NCBI GenBank assembly: GCA_963726455.1
Contig: CAVSCK010000005.1
Coordinates: 448,001 to 512,000 of the forward strand
Length of the DNA stretch: 64,000 bases
Direction of reading: 5' to 3'
DNA from: an uncultured bacterium
GTDB lineage: Bacteria > Zixibacteria > MSB-5A5 > CAIYYT01
Shown here: positions 32,264-43,295 of the stretch, one piece after another
How positions within the stretch are numbered: the first letter of the stretch is position 1
Layout: the number at the start of each line of letters is the position of its first letter
Made by a program: the position numbers and the translations under genes
The notes under the pieces: model-generated
Databases searched by the model: none
The model's input: only the letters and a program-made list of their open reading frames with translations
Told to the model about the DNA's origin: nothing

Positions 32264-32302
32264 AAAAACCCCACCCGTCTCTGACGTGGTGGGGTTTCTT
32301 TT
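32264..32302. terminator. Bidirectional intrinsic terminator
   Basis: AAAAACCCCACC...GGTGGGGTTTCTTTT between convergent genes. Confidence 0.8.
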
Positions 32303-32326
32303 CGCTGCAATTTCGAAGGTGATTCC

Positions 32327-32779
32327 CTAGGCCTTTAATTCAGACGTGCAATTGGGGCAGCGCACCGCCTTGATCGGAATCGTTGAATAACAATAGGTGC
32401 ATTCCTTGGTCGTCGGAGCTGTCGCCGGTGCCGGCGCCGGGCGCTTTAACCGGTTGATCGCACGGATCAACATGAAGACGGCAAACGCGATAATAACGAA
32501 GCTGATGATCGAGTTGACGAACAATCCGTAATTGAGCGTGACCGCACCCGAAGCTTTGGCCTGCGCGACTGAGGTGTACGGACCCGGCACCGCGCCGTTT
32601 CTCAGCGTAACGAACAGATTCGAGAAATCGACATTGCCCAAGAGCAATCCGATCGGCGGCATAATCACGTCGGCCACAAGCGAACTGACGATTGACCCGA
32701 ACGCCGCGCCGATGATGATACCGACTGCCATGTCGACGACGTTGCCGCGCATGGCGAATTCCTTGAATTCTTTAAACAT
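32327..32779 (-). CDS. mscL: Large-conductance mechanosensitive channel
   Basis: [23 protein letters not shown]; C-terminal CxxC...CxxC. Confidence 0.96.
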   Translation of the reverse strand: MFKEFKEFAMRGNVVDMAVGIIIGAAFGSIVSSLVADVIMPPIGLLLGNVDFSNLFVTLRNGAVPGPYTSVAQAKASGAVTLNYGLFVNSIISFVIIAFAVFMLIRAINRLKRPAPAPATAPTTKECTYCYSTIPIKAVRCPNCTSELKA

Positions 32780-32954
32780 CAGACCTCCTCCGTCTTGAAC
32801 TTTCCAAACCTTGTTGGTACTGACACTCTTTTCCGGCGATATCGCTGCAACTTATCGAAAATCACGTCTGTCGCAAGAGTGAAACCTTCACTTTGTGTCG
32901 CTAAGTCACCTTTTGTGGTATCGCCACGGCCGCTCCAAGGGCGGCTGTCTTAAT

Positions 32955-34667
32955 TCAGAACTTATTCGTGATCGGCCAGCGCCGATCTTTGCCGAAAGCA
33001 CGCGGCGTGATCTTAACTCCGGGAGCCGACTGTCGCCGCTTGTATTCCGCCGCGCCGACCATGCGAATCACACGTGCCACCAATTTCTTGTCAAAACCTG
33101 CCGCTACGATCTCCATTTCGTTGTGGTCAAGTTCGACATAGAGCCGCAAAATCTCATCAAGAACCTCATACGGTGGCAGCGAATCAGTGTCAAGCTGGTT
33201 CTCTTTCAGCTCTGCAGTCGGTGGTCGGTCAATTATCTCCTGCGCAATGATTTCCCGTCCACCGGCACGATTGAGATGATTACAGATCTTGAAAACCAAA
33301 GTCTTGGGAATATCTTTCAGCACCGAAAATCCGCCGACCATATCTCCATAAAGAGTTGTGTAACCGACGGCGGCCTCCGACTTGTTGCTGGTGCTTAGTA
33401 CTAAATACCCGAACCGGTTGGAAAACGCCATCAGAATGTTTCCCCGAATCCGTGCCTGCAAGTTCTCCTGCGTGAGCCCGCTTTCGCCATCTTTGAAAAT
33501 GTCGCAGAGAGAGCTCTGATAGCCGGCCATCAACTCGTCAATCGGCACTTCCCGCATCGCAATTCCCAGCAGCCGTGCCTGTCTCTCTGCTGCCGTGCGG
33601 GACAACTCCGACGAATACTTCGACGGCATATAGAGCGTGAATACATTGTCGCTTCCGATGGCATCCACCGCAATCGCAGCCGTTAGAGCTGAATCAATCC
33701 CGCCCGACAGTCCAATGATCGCTTTGCCAAAACCGTTCTTCCGAATGTAATCACGAACTCCCAAGACCAGTGCCCGATACACTTCCTCTGCTTCCGCCAG
33801 TCGCTCGGCGCATTTTGCGGCAACGGTCTTTCGACGTACGCCGGCGAACGGTGATTTCAACTCCACCTGCTTGACCACTGTCTTGGCGTCGGGCTGAGAA
33901 CTACGCTTTATGGCTGACCTCGCCTCCTGCTTCATATCACCAATCGGAAGGTCAACCACGAGCAATTCCTCCTTGAACTGCGCGGCTTTGGCGATCAGTT
34001 TGCCGTCGGGATCGAGCACCAATGATGCGCCGTCGAACACCAGCTCATCCTGTCCGCCGACCGTGTTGATATAACCGATATAGCTCCGGTTCTTAACCGC
34101 ACGTGAGCGCAGCATCTCGATTCGCTCTTCGACCTTGTGCATGTGATACGGCGACGATGAAATATTCAGCACCAGTTGCGCTCCCAATGCCGCCTGCTGT
34201 TCCGTCACTCCCGGACAAACCCAGATGTCCTCGCAGATATTGATCCCGACCTTCATCTTTCCGATTTGCAGTAACGGAATTTCCTGTCCCACCGCGAAAT
34301 ATCGTTTCTCGTCAAAGACACCATAATTGGGGAGCGCAATCTTGTTGTACGACAAGAGCAGCTTGCCGCCGCCGATCACTGCCGCCGAGTTGTAAACCTT
34401 GCCGCCACGAGCGCCGGCGTACCCGCAAACGACATTCATCCCATCGCTGGCCTCCACCAATCTGCGCAAGTACCGCTGATTCGCCTCGATGAATGCCTTC
34501 TTGAACAGCAGGTCTTCCGGAGGATATCCGCACAATGCCAGTTCGGGGAAAAGAATCAGGTCGCACTTCTGTTCCCGCCCTAGTGAAATAAAACCGACGA
34601 TCTTCTGCAGGTTTCCTGCAAAATCGCCTACGGTAGGATTTATCTGGCTTAGTCCAATACGGATCAT
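32955..34667 (-). CDS. nadE: Glutamine-dependent NAD+ synthetase
   Basis: FPEL..GYPPED, FDEKRYF, ICED, GLSGGIDS, ENLQARIRG, EYKRRQ. Confidence 0.96.
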   Translation of the reverse strand: MIRIGLSQINPTVGDFAGNLQKIVGFISLGREQKCDLILFPELALCGYPPEDLLFKKAFIEANQRYLRRLVEASDGMNVVCGYAGARGGKVYNSAAVIGGGKLLLSYNKIALPNYGVFDEKRYFAVGQEIPLLQIGKMKVGINICEDIWVCPGVTEQQAALGAQLVLNISSSPYHMHKVEERIEMLRSRAVKNRSYIGYINTVGGQDELVFDGASLVLDPDGKLIAKAAQFKEELLVVDLPIGDMKQEARSAIKRSSQPDAKTVVKQVELKSPFAGVRRKTVAAKCAERLAEAEEVYRALVLGVRDYIRKNGFGKAIIGLSGGIDSALTAAIAVDAIGSDNVFTLYMPSKYSSELSRTAAERQARLLGIAMREVPIDELMAGYQSSLCDIFKDGESGLTQENLQARIRGNILMAFSNRFGYLVLSTSNKSEAAVGYTTLYGDMVGGFSVLKDIPKTLVFKICNHLNRAGGREIIAQEIIDRPPTAELKENQLDTDSLPPYEVLDEILRLYVELDHNEMEIVAAGFDKKLVARVIRMVGAAEYKRRQSAPGVKITPRAFGKDRRWPITNKF

Positions 34668-35002
34668 AACATCCCCGACATATTTGTACGTAATTTAGCG
34701 ATTAAAGAGGCAGGCGCAACACGTTCCTGGCGATACTGCCGTCAGACAGTGGCAATATCGACCGACAATGCCGATTAGTCCATTTTTGGCCCGCCGTCGA
34801 CCGAAGTTTTTTCATGCTGAACTCAGAAATCCATTTACATTGTTAGAAGATTTGTCTATAATCACGTAATTATGAGTAAAAGAGACCGTTGTTGAACAAG
34901 TTGGCTCATGCCAAAAAAATCAAAAGCGGACGAAACTTATCTCGTGATCGATAGTTTAACAAGTACCGATATTCCATTAATCCATGAAGGAGTAAATAGG
35001 AC

Positions 35003-35416
35003 ATGAAAATTTCCCGCAAAGCTGATTACGCGCTGCGAGCCGTGCTGTATATTTCCAAGCAGGCGGTTGACAAAAGAAATTCCATCAACGCCATTGCCGA
35101 GTCCGAGTCCGTTCCCCGCGACTTTCTGGCAAAGATACTCAAAGAACTCACCCGCGCCGAGATTCTCAAATCATATCAGGGTGTGCATGGCGGCTATCAG
35201 CTCGCCAAATCACCGAATCAGGTGAGCGTCCTTGATGTAATCGAGGCAATGGACGGTCCGCTCGGAATCAATCTCTGCGTTCGCGGCGAGGACGGCTGCG
35301 ACTGCGAGAAATCCGACCGCTGCACCATGTATCCATTCTGGGACAAACTGCAGAAGCAGCTCAAAGGCATTCTCAAGAATGAGACCATTGCCAAGCTGCG
35401 CGGCGGCAGGAAATAA
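35003..35416 (+). CDS. Rrf2 family transcriptional regulator
   Basis: ADYALRA, G..GGYQLAK, Cys cluster CVRGEDGCDCEKSDRC. Confidence 0.93.
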   Translation: MKISRKADYALRAVLYISKQAVDKRNSINAIAESESVPRDFLAKILKELTRAEILKSYQGVHGGYQLAKSPNQVSVLDVIEAMDGPLGINLCVRGEDGCDCEKSDRCTMYPFWDKLQKQLKGILKNETIAKLRGGRK

Positions 35417-35435
35417 GCTTTTCGATTGTTCGATT

Positions 35436-35470
35436 CGGGTGGTTGTCAGCTATGACAATCACCCGTTTTT
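35436..35470 (+). terminator. Intrinsic terminator after the rrf2 gene
   Basis: CGGGTGGTTGTCA-gcta-TGACAATCACCCG-TTTTT. Confidence 0.85.
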
Positions 35471-35518
35471 GTTTACGAATCGTTGTCATCTCGAAGCCAA
35501 TTTCATAGATTCCCCTCA

Positions 35519-36386
35519 GTGAGCCGCAATCACATCATTCTCGTCTTTGCCGCCGTCGCCGCCAGTTGTGCGGCGCCATTGATTCGTGCCTGCCAATCCG
35601 ACCCGTTGGTGATTGCCGCCTATCGCATGACTTTCGCCTCGGTATTATTGTTGCCAATCTATCTCGCCCAGGGAAAACGCATCATCCTGCCGCAAGGCCG
35701 CGACCGCCTGCTGATTGCCGCCGCAGGATTGTTGCTGGCCGCGCACTTTGCGGTCTGGATCACCGCCCTGACAATGACTTCGGTTGCCAGCGCGACGGTG
35801 CTGGTGACTTTGCAGCCGTTGTTCCTTACCATACTGGCTCAACTGATTCTCAAGGAACGTGTCGATCGCTGGGGCTATCTGGCAATTGCGCTCGCCTTGA
35901 TTGGTGCGACTTTGATCAGTTGGGGCGATTTCCAACTTTCCGGCGAGCAGCTGGTTGGCGACTTACTTGTCTCTGGCGGGCGCGTTGTTTGCAGCGTTCT
36001 ATCTTCTCGTCGGACGAACGCTGGTGTCCAAACTCGGTACGATCAACTACACCTTCCCGCTATATTCAACTTCGGCTGTGGCATTGATCGCGGTCGCCCT
36101 GATCTCCGGCGGCTCTGTTGTTCCTGCACGAAGTCTCGATTTCGTCTGGTTCGCCCTGCTCGCAATTATTCCTACGCTGCTTGGGCATTCGCTCTACAAC
36201 TACTCCCTCAAACATTTCCGCGCCCACCTCGTGGGAATCGTGATTCTGGGTGAACCGATTATGGCGAGCTTATGGGCGTATCTACTCTTCACCGAGTCGC
36301 CTACGATTATGACCGCTCTGGGAGCGGCTCTAATCTTCGCCGCGATCCTCTTTACTTTCGGCCACGAAGAGAAAGTTTCGTCTTGA
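35519..36386 (+). CDS. EamA/DMT family transporter (+1 frameshift ~35966)
   Basis: AAYRM, LLLAAHFAVWI, TSVASA, GHSLYN, LGEPI; the two ORF halves join across one extra base. Confidence 0.85.
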
Positions 36387-36469
36387 CGAATCGGTACCCG
36401 CGTATATCTTGACCACGTAGTGCGGTCGCTGCGGGCGTCTTCTTGGGCCTGATCGGCCGCGGTCTCAAT

Positions 36470-36542
36470 GGGGCAGTAGCTCAGTTGGGAGAGCGGTACG
36501 TTCGCAACGTACAGGTCGGCGGTTCGATCCCGCTCTGCTCCA
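36470..36542 (+). tRNA. tRNA-Ala(CGC)
   Basis: GGGGCAGTAGCTCAG...GTACG-TTCGCAA-CGTAC...GGTTCGATCC; G3:U70 pair present. Confidence 0.95.
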
Positions 36543-36583
36543 TTTAGATTTTCCCGGCGCATCGCGGAACTACAAATCCCCCA

Positions 36584-38035
36584 TCAAAGTCTTGATGTAT
36601 CCTGTAGCTGATTTTTTGACGCCACTCGGCGATAGAGTTGGTGGCTCGGTTTGTCGGACGGCGCAACGTAGTCGACCCGCTCGTAGTTGCGCGCGAATTC
36701 AAGTGCGGCGATGATATCCCTCGCGGTCGGATAGTCCGGATCAATGAATATCCAGTCCGCGTTGACTGAATCTGCAAACTCGCGATAACGCCCGGCGCGG
36801 TTGTACGGAATCGCCTGCGGCGTGACCAATCCATCGCGGTCAACAATATTGCCGCGATAATAATGTCCCAGGTAACCGATGTCCTCTGCCAACACGATAT
36901 CTTTCGGCTGTGCATGCAGTGCCAGATATTTCCCCGCCTCCACATGCACATTACGGTATCCGTCCATCTCTGACTTCAAGCCGACGAAACTGGAGGTCAG
37001 GTGGACGAGCGATACTGCGATGACCACGGCAGCGATGGCCACCAAAGATATGTATTCTCGGACAACTGATTTGTGCCACCGCACATATTCAAGCAATCGA
37101 GCGATGCCCATTACAACGCCGAGAAGCACGACGGGATAGACCGGCGCCGGATACCAGAAAAAGACATGTGTGCCGCTCGCGACTAATACCAGCAAGTAGC
37201 CGGCACACCAAAACAGCATTACGGTGAGAAGTCGATCCTTATGGAATGTCGACACCGCGCCGGCAGCAAGTAGCGGCCACAAAATCCATCCGAAAGGCGA
37301 GCCGAGGCCCAATGTCATAACGGCGTTCTGCCACAAGACTGACATTCCTGAGTTCGAGTACAGCGCCATCTTGGCCACGGCCGAATTCGGCACAACTGAT
37401 CCAAAGTAGACGCCCGCGAATAACAACCAACCTCCCGCAATCAGTATCGCCGGAATGGCGCAACGAACTACACGATCTCGGTCGCGTATGAAAACGACCG
37501 TCGCCACCAGCGCCAGCAATGCCCACCCCTCAGGCCGCGCCAGTGTCGTCAGCGATGCCAGGATACTCGCCGATACGTTATGGCGGTTGTGAAGGAAGTA
37601 CATACTCGACGTAAACAACAGCGCTACCAGCGCTGTCTCCATGCCGCAGATATCGCAGATCACCGAGCGCGGGAATACGATGTAGATGATTGCCGGCAGT
37701 ACCGCCAGCTTGCCCAACCCGAGTTTGCACGACCAGCGATAAAGCAATACTGTGGTCAGTCCGGATGCGGCCAAACTCAGCAGGAGTGCAACTGTTTGAC
37801 TGCCGATTCCGACAACGTTGAACGCCGCAAGTACCAGTGTAAACAGAGGCGTTGAAGTCCCCAACACGCGTTCGCCGATGTTGTATACGAATCCGTGGCC
37901 CGCCGCCAGGTTTTCCGCGTATCGAAACGTAATAAACGCGTCATCTACAGTGTATTGCGTCGCAAAATGCACCACCAATCGCACGATAACGGCAGCGCCA
38001 AGAAGAATGTAATCGGCTCTATTCACGGCTGGCAA
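36584..38035 (-). CDS. GT-C fold membrane glycosyltransferase (ArnT/AftB-like)
   Basis: DDAFITFRYAEN, G.TSTPL, GMET, ARPEG, PNS..AK, DIG, DGL. Confidence 0.8.
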   Translation of the reverse strand: MPAVNRADYILLGAAVIVRLVVHFATQYTVDDAFITFRYAENLAAGHGFVYNIGERVLGTSTPLFTLVLAAFNVVGIGSQTVALLLSLAASGLTTVLLYRWSCKLGLGKLAVLPAIIYIVFPRSVICDICGMETALVALLFTSSMYFLHNRHNVSASILASLTTLARPEGWALLALVATVVFIRDRDRVVRCAIPAILIAGGWLLFAGVYFGSVVPNSAVAKMALYSNSGMSVLWQNAVMTLGLGSPFGWILWPLLAAGAVSTFHKDRLLTVMLFWCAGYLLVLVASGTHVFFWYPAPVYPVVLLGVVMGIARLLEYVRWHKSVVREYISLVAIAAVVIAVSLVHLTSSFVGLKSEMDGYRNVHVEAGKYLALHAQPKDIVLAEDIGYLGHYYRGNIVDRDGLVTPQAIPYNRAGRYREFADSVNADWIFIDPDYPTARDIIAALEFARNYERVDYVAPSDKPSHQLYRRVASKNQLQDTSRL

Positions 38036-38310
38036 GATATGCGATTGTTAGCGCGAACAGCAAACGCATCGTGCCCGTCAGTCGCGGAATTCGGAAGTGA
38101 GAGATTCATGTCATTTGTGCGGCTCACTGTCGCAACTTGAAACAGCGCATCTCAACATCCAAGCCAACTCTTCCGATAAGAGATAAGACAAGGCATCATA
38201 AGGGATATTCGGGTTCTGATCAGCACGACCAGAGGCGAATAATCACTGGTACACGGGGCAAATTTCAGCGACGCTGATAGTACGTCCGATTGCACGAAAG
38301 GGAGTAGCAC

Positions 38311-39450
38311 ATGAAGATCGAGCAGAAAGTCTGGCGGACCGGCATCGGCTGGGAACAAAGTTTAGTCGGAGATTCTGTCCGCGATGCACAACTGGTATTG
38401 TTGTTCGGAGACAGATCAGTCCTGTCGGAATCTCCCGCCTTGGGCGAAGTGAGACGCGACTACCCGAACGCACAGATTATCGGCTGTTCTACTGCCGGTG
38501 AAATCTGCGACACCAACGTCCTCGACGAAACCGTGGTCGCAACTGCCGTGCAGTTCGAACACTCGGAAGTCAGTGGAACCTCCGTCAAGATGGGCGGCGG
38601 CATCAGTAGCCATGACGCCGGCGCTGCTTTGGCTCAGAATCTTGACAAACGCGGACTCCGGCATGTCTTCGTGCTCTCCGATGGAATCAGCGTAAACGGC
38701 AGCGACCTGGTCAAAGGTCTGACCAAAAACCTGCCCGGCGACGTCACTGTCACCGGCGGACTTTCGGCCGACGGCGGTTGTTTCGAACGCACCCTCGTGT
38801 CGTGGAATGATTGCCTTGACTCAGGCACGATCGCCGCGATCGGATTGTATGGAAGTCGGCTACGCGTCGGTTTTGGTTCACAAGGAGGTTGGGACCCCTT
38901 CGGCCCTGAAAGAGTGGTAACCAAGTCCGAGCGCAATGTCTTGCGTGAGTTGGATGGTCAATCTGCCCTCGAACTATACAGAAAATATCTCGGCGAACAT
39001 GCGAAGGGTTTGCCTGCCACCGGCCTGCTCTTTCCGCTGAGCTTAAGAACGGGAGAGCGTGAGGCGGGCGTCGTCCGCACGGTTCTGGCGGTCGACGAAG
39101 GCGCCCAGAGCATGACCTTCGCCGGGGACGTGCCCGAAGGTTCTTATGCGCGTTTGATGAAAGCCAACTTCGATCGCCTGATCGATGGCGCGGAACTCGC
39201 TGCTCAAATATCCGGGAAAGCAATTGCCCCGGCCAGAGCGGAACTGGCGATCCTGATCACGTGCGTCGGCCGCAAGATGGTTCTGCGGCAGAGGGTCGAA
39301 GAGGAAGTTGAGGCGGTAAAGAACGTGCTCGGCAAGCAGACGTTCATGACCGGCTTCTATTCTTACGGCGAGATCTCGCCCTTTGCTCCCGGCGAACCCT
39401 GCGAATTGCATAACCAAACGATGACGATAACGACGCTGGCCGAGGAGTAA
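38311..39450 (+). CDS. FIST-domain signal transduction protein
   Basis: GCSTAGEI, TGGL..D, GGWDPFGP, TCVGR, GFYSYGE, LHNQTMT. Confidence 0.93.
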   Translation: MKIEQKVWRTGIGWEQSLVGDSVRDAQLVLLFGDRSVLSESPALGEVRRDYPNAQIIGCSTAGEICDTNVLDETVVATAVQFEHSEVSGTSVKMGGGISSHDAGAALAQNLDKRGLRHVFVLSDGISVNGSDLVKGLTKNLPGDVTVTGGLSADGGCFERTLVSWNDCLDSGTIAAIGLYGSRLRVGFGSQGGWDPFGPERVVTKSERNVLRELDGQSALELYRKYLGEHAKGLPATGLLFPLSLRTGEREAGVVRTVLAVDEGAQSMTFAGDVPEGSYARLMKANFDRLIDGAELAAQISGKAIAPARAELAILITCVGRKMVLRQRVEEEVEAVKNVLGKQTFMTGFYSYGEISPFAPGEPCELHNQTMTITTLAEE

Positions 39451-39465
39451 CATCGGATTCACAAT

Positions 39466-41184
39466 ATGCACAGCTTATTGCGTCGGCAATTGATTCGCTT
39501 CTTCGGTTATCCGGAGGCGGTTCCGGAGGAATTGTCCAGTTTCCTCGGGGCTGTCGAAGATGCCTATCAGCAATTTGACGGCGACCGCGCGATGCTGGAA
39601 CGATCTCTGGAATTGAGCTCCAACGAGCTGCTCCAGGCAAACGCCGACATGCGCGCCATCTTCGAAGTGCTGCCCGACCTCTTCTTCCGCATCGACGGTG
39701 AGGGAATCATCCTTGACTGCCGCGCGGGCAAAGCGACCGATATCCTCATTCCTCCCAAAACTCTGATCGGTAAACGAATCCAGGACATTCCCATCGCGGG
39801 CGTCGGCAGAAAATTCTCTGAGGCGATTCAATTGGTGAGTGAGCATCGTGCCATGACCAGTTTCGAGTATGCCCTGGAATCCGACGGCCAACTGCGTCAT
39901 TACGAGTCACGCCTGCTGCCGCTGCAAGAGAGCGAAATCATCACGATCATTCGAGATATTACGGAGAGCAAGCTCGACGAAGAACGCAAGGCCCGCTTGA
40001 CCGCCGCCGTTGAACAAGCAGTTGAGGCCATTATAATTACCGATGCCGAAGGCGTGATCCAGTATGTCAATCCCGCACTTGAGGCCATCACCGGTTATTC
40101 ACGCGATGAAGTAGTCGGCCAAAAGCCGAATCTCTTCCGCAGCGGCCGACACGATACCAAGTTCTATCAGGGTCTATGGGACACCTTGCGCAGAGGCGGA
40201 GTCTGGCAGGGGCGCTTTGTCAACAAGAGAAAGGACGGCTCGCTGGTCGAGTTGGAGGCGTCAATCTCACCCGTTCTGGACGCCGATCGGAGCATTATCA
40301 ACTACGTGGCGCTCGAACGCGATGAAACCGAAATGCTGCAACTGGAGGCCCAACTGCGTCAGGCCCAGAAATTGGAAGCGGTCGGTTCTCTTGCCGCCGG
40401 CATCGCTCACGAAATCAACACTCCCATTCAGTACGTCGGCGACAATGTCCGCTTCATGTCCGAGGCCTTCAATGGTGTCTTGCAGTTGCTGAGCAAGGGC
40501 GTCAGCAGTTGCCCAAAATGCGATCATCCAATACCGTTGCGGATTCTGTGCTCCATAGTTTCTCCCGAAATCGATATTGATTTCTTGAGCGAAGAGGTTC
40601 CGCGCGCCGTCGATGAAACGTTGCAGGGAATTGAGAGAGTGGCAACCATTGTTCGGGCTATGAAGGACTTCTCCCATCCCGATGAACGCGAGAAAGTTCC
40701 GACCGATATCAACAAAGCGCTCCTCACGACGCTTACGGTGGCTCACAACGAGCTGAAATATGTTGCGCATGTAAGAACCGCGCTGGATGAAGAACTGCCG
40801 CTTGTCGCCTGCTGCCCCGGCTCACTCAATCAGGTATTCCTGAATCTACTCGTTAATGCGGCTCATGCCATAGCTGATGTCGTCGGTGAGGGCGCTGCCG
40901 AAAAGGGCTGGATTACCGTAACCACAAAACGCAGCGACAATTATGCTATCATTGAGGTCAATGACACCGGCACCGGCATCAAGAAAGAAATCCGCGACCG
41001 CATCTTTGATTCATTCTTTACGACGAAGGAAGTCGGTAAAGGCACGGGCCAGGGTCTCGCAATTGCCCGCTCCGTCATTGTCGATCAACATGGCGGCTCA
41101 ATCACCTTCGACTCCGAGGAAGGCAAAGGCACCACTTTCCGAGTCACGCTACCACTCATCACCGACACCGTCCCCGTATCCTAG
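39466..41184 (+). CDS. PAS-domain sensor histidine kinase
   Basis: Two PAS domains, GIAHEINTP, NLLVNAAHA, DTGTGI, FFTTKEVGKGTGQGL. Confidence 0.95.
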   Translation: MHSLLRRQLIRFFGYPEAVPEELSSFLGAVEDAYQQFDGDRAMLERSLELSSNELLQANADMRAIFEVLPDLFFRIDGEGIILDCRAGKATDILIPPKTLIGKRIQDIPIAGVGRKFSEAIQLVSEHRAMTSFEYALESDGQLRHYESRLLPLQESEIITIIRDITESKLDEERKARLTAAVEQAVEAIIITDAEGVIQYVNPALEAITGYSRDEVVGQKPNLFRSGRHDTKFYQGLWDTLRRGGVWQGRFVNKRKDGSLVELEASISPVLDADRSIINYVALERDETEMLQLEAQLRQAQKLEAVGSLAAGIAHEINTPIQYVGDNVRFMSEAFNGVLQLLSKGVSSCPKCDHPIPLRILCSIVSPEIDIDFLSEEVPRAVDETLQGIERVATIVRAMKDFSHPDEREKVPTDINKALLTTLTVAHNELKYVAHVRTALDEELPLVACCPGSLNQVFLNLLVNAAHAIADVVGEGAAEKGWITVTTKRSDNYAIIEVNDTGTGIKKEIRDRIFDSFFTTKEVGKGTGQGLAIARSVIVDQHGGSITFDSEEGKGTTFRVTLPLITDTVPVS

Positions 41185-41275
41185 CACAAATCACTCAGCG
41201 CGCCAGCGCGCCGCATCCCCATTCAATCCCAAACACTACCTGGCAGGAAACTGTCTCCGCAGGGAGCCAAGTGTC

Positions 41276-41375
41276 GTTGTGCCGGGTCCTGCGCACGACG
41301 AAGTCGGGCGCGTAACCTGCTACGATTGATGGCACTTCTCCCCTCGCCCTTTGGGAGAGGGGCAAGGGGTGAGGG
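41276..41375. repeat. REP-like repeat cluster
   Basis: Degenerate copy of the 46201-46245 element, plus CCCTCGCCCTTTGGGAGAGGGGCAAGGGGTGAGGG. Confidence 0.6.
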
Positions 41376-41439
41376 AGCGCACCAGCATTCACTTCGATCT
41401 CAAAGCGATACCCTGTGAACCAAATTGCTATCGGAGGAA

Positions 41440-42348
41440 TTACTTCGCCGCCACAACCGCCAGCAACAGCGAATTGTAGCGCACATCGGGAGAGTCAAAT
41501 GAAGAACAAATCACGCACGGCACTTTGCCGCCGACCACGATCAATCCATACTCACTCTTGGTATACATTGCGAACGCTTTGTACACCCCGTAATTGGTGG
41601 CCAGATTCGGCCCAATCAATATCTCTGCTTGTCCCGCGACCGGTCCTGTCGCTCCCTTTTCTTTGGCAGCCGATTCAATCAACGCGACATCCATTGACAG
41701 CGGCCCATCCACGAGGCAACCTTTGATTTGCCCCTTGTCGGCCATCTTGGAGATTACCGCCCCATCGATCGTCACCGGCATCTGCGGGTAAATCACTTCG
41801 ACTGCCGCCAACATCGCCGCCTTGGGTTGCTTGTTCCCCATCTTGTGCGCCAATGCGACCGCGTTATTCAGGATGCTGACCAGATCCATCATCTCAGGCT
41901 CAGGGTTTACGATCGGATCTGAAACATACACCAGCCGGTTCAGATTCTCATTCTTGCAGACCATCACGCCCGATACCAGGTTGGGATGCACTCGATAGCC
42001 GAGCCGCCGTTCGAACAACAACGACAGAAAATCCTGCGTGCCAAAAACGCCCTTGCAAATTCCGCCGACCTTGTTGTCGTGAATCAACTCCAGCGCCGTG
42101 TATACCGAGTGGTTCGCGTCGTTTGATCTGACCAGTTCCCAGCCGCGTATCTCTACACCCGCCTCCTTGGAGGCGTTCATAATCGCCTCTTCTTCGCCGA
42201 TCAATACCGGCTTGACCAGTCGGTTCTTGATCGCCCGATCCAAGCCGATAATCAGCGCCGGATCGTGCGGCTCCACGCAAGCAATCAAAATCGGATCAGT
42301 CGCCCGTTCGCGCGCCAGCTTTTCGATATCGGCAAAATTCGCTGTCAT
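41440..42348 (-). CDS. Phosphate butyryl/acyltransferase paralog 2
   Basis: ATG 42348 overlaps the upstream stop; AAVEVIYPQMP, DGPLSMDVA, GGKVP. Confidence 0.85.
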   Translation of the reverse strand: MTANFADIEKLARERATDPILIACVEPHDPALIIGLDRAIKNRLVKPVLIGEEEAIMNASKEAGVEIRGWELVRSNDANHSVYTALELIHDNKVGGICKGVFGTQDFLSLLFERRLGYRVHPNLVSGVMVCKNENLNRLVYVSDPIVNPEPEMMDLVSILNNAVALAHKMGNKQPKAAMLAAVEVIYPQMPVTIDGAVISKMADKGQIKGCLVDGPLSMDVALIESAAKEKGATGPVAGQAEILIGPNLATNYGVYKAFAMYTKSEYGLIVVGGKVPCVICSSFDSPDVRYNSLLLAVVAAK

Positions 42349-43283
42349 TTCTTCACCTGCTTGAGATGATGCGACAACAGGCAGGCGATCGAAATCGACG
42401 CCAGCTTGTTGAACGCCGTATCCGTCCGCGATACCAGGCTCACCGGCACCTTGGCGCCGATAATCACTCCGGCGAAGGTCGCCGGCGAGAACAGGATCAA
42501 CACCTTGGAGATGATGTTGCATTCCTCGATCGAATCGACCAGGAAGATGTCGGCGTCGCCCGCGACATAATTCTTGATGCCGCGTTTCAACGCGATCTCG
42601 CGCGAGGTCGCCGCCTCAAATGTGACCGGCCCGTAAATCTCGCAGTTGTTGATCTCGCCGTTCTTGTGCATTGATGTCAACTGCGCCGCCTCCGTCGTTG
42701 CCGGAATTCCCGGATGGATATAGTCCACCGGCCCGGACACCGCAACCTTCGGCTTTTCATATCCCAGCGTGTGGAACAGAGAAACGGCATTTTGAATCAA
42801 TTGAATCTTCTGCTCGAATGTCGGCTTGACCACCATTCCGCCGTCCGTGATGCCCAGAAGCTTGTGGTAGCCCGGGAATCCAAGCACCGCGACATGGCTC
42901 AATGTGTTCTGCGTACGCAGCGAAAAATCCTTGGACAGAACGGTTTTGAGCAGTGCCGATGTCGACAGGAATCCCTTCTGAATCAAGTCGGCCTCGCCCT
43001 TATCTGCCGCCTGTGCCGCCAGAAACGCTGACTTGCCGGCGCTGTCGCTCTCGACAATAGTGAACCCGGAAAAATCTATCGCGTTCTGCTGGCCGATTTC
43101 CTTGAGCTTCTTTTCGCAGCCGTACAGCGTAAACTTGGCGATCCCAAGTTTGGCTGCTTCCGAACAGGCGCGCAGAACATCATCGTCCTCGGCAGCCGCG
43201 ACGGCAACTCGGAACGGCCCGTTTTGAGCGCCCAGCGCTTTGGCGCGTTCGATTATCCCGTTGGCAGATGTGATCTTATCCAT
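42345..43283 (-). CDS. ptb: Phosphate butyryltransferase paralog 1
   Basis: VAVAAAED, KG.L.T, LSHVA, TDGGM, GAKVPVSLVSRTD. Confidence 0.85.
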   Translation of the reverse strand: MDKITSANGIIERAKALGAQNGPFRVAVAAAEDDDVLRACSEAAKLGIAKFTLYGCEKKLKEIGQQNAIDFSGFTIVESDSAGKSAFLAAQAADKGEADLIQKGFLSTSALLKTVLSKDFSLRTQNTLSHVAVLGFPGYHKLLGITDGGMVVKPTFEQKIQLIQNAVSLFHTLGYEKPKVAVSGPVDYIHPGIPATTEAAQLTSMHKNGEINNCEIYGPVTFEAATSREIALKRGIKNYVAGDADIFLVDSIEECNIISKVLILFSPATFAGVIIGAKVPVSLVSRTDTAFNKLASISIACLLSHHLKQVKK

Positions 43284-43295
43284 ATTCTCAAGCGC

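Noticed and set aside
36470-41400. Genomic island integrated at tRNA-Ala
   Set aside because: No integrase, and I found no duplicated tRNA 3' end.
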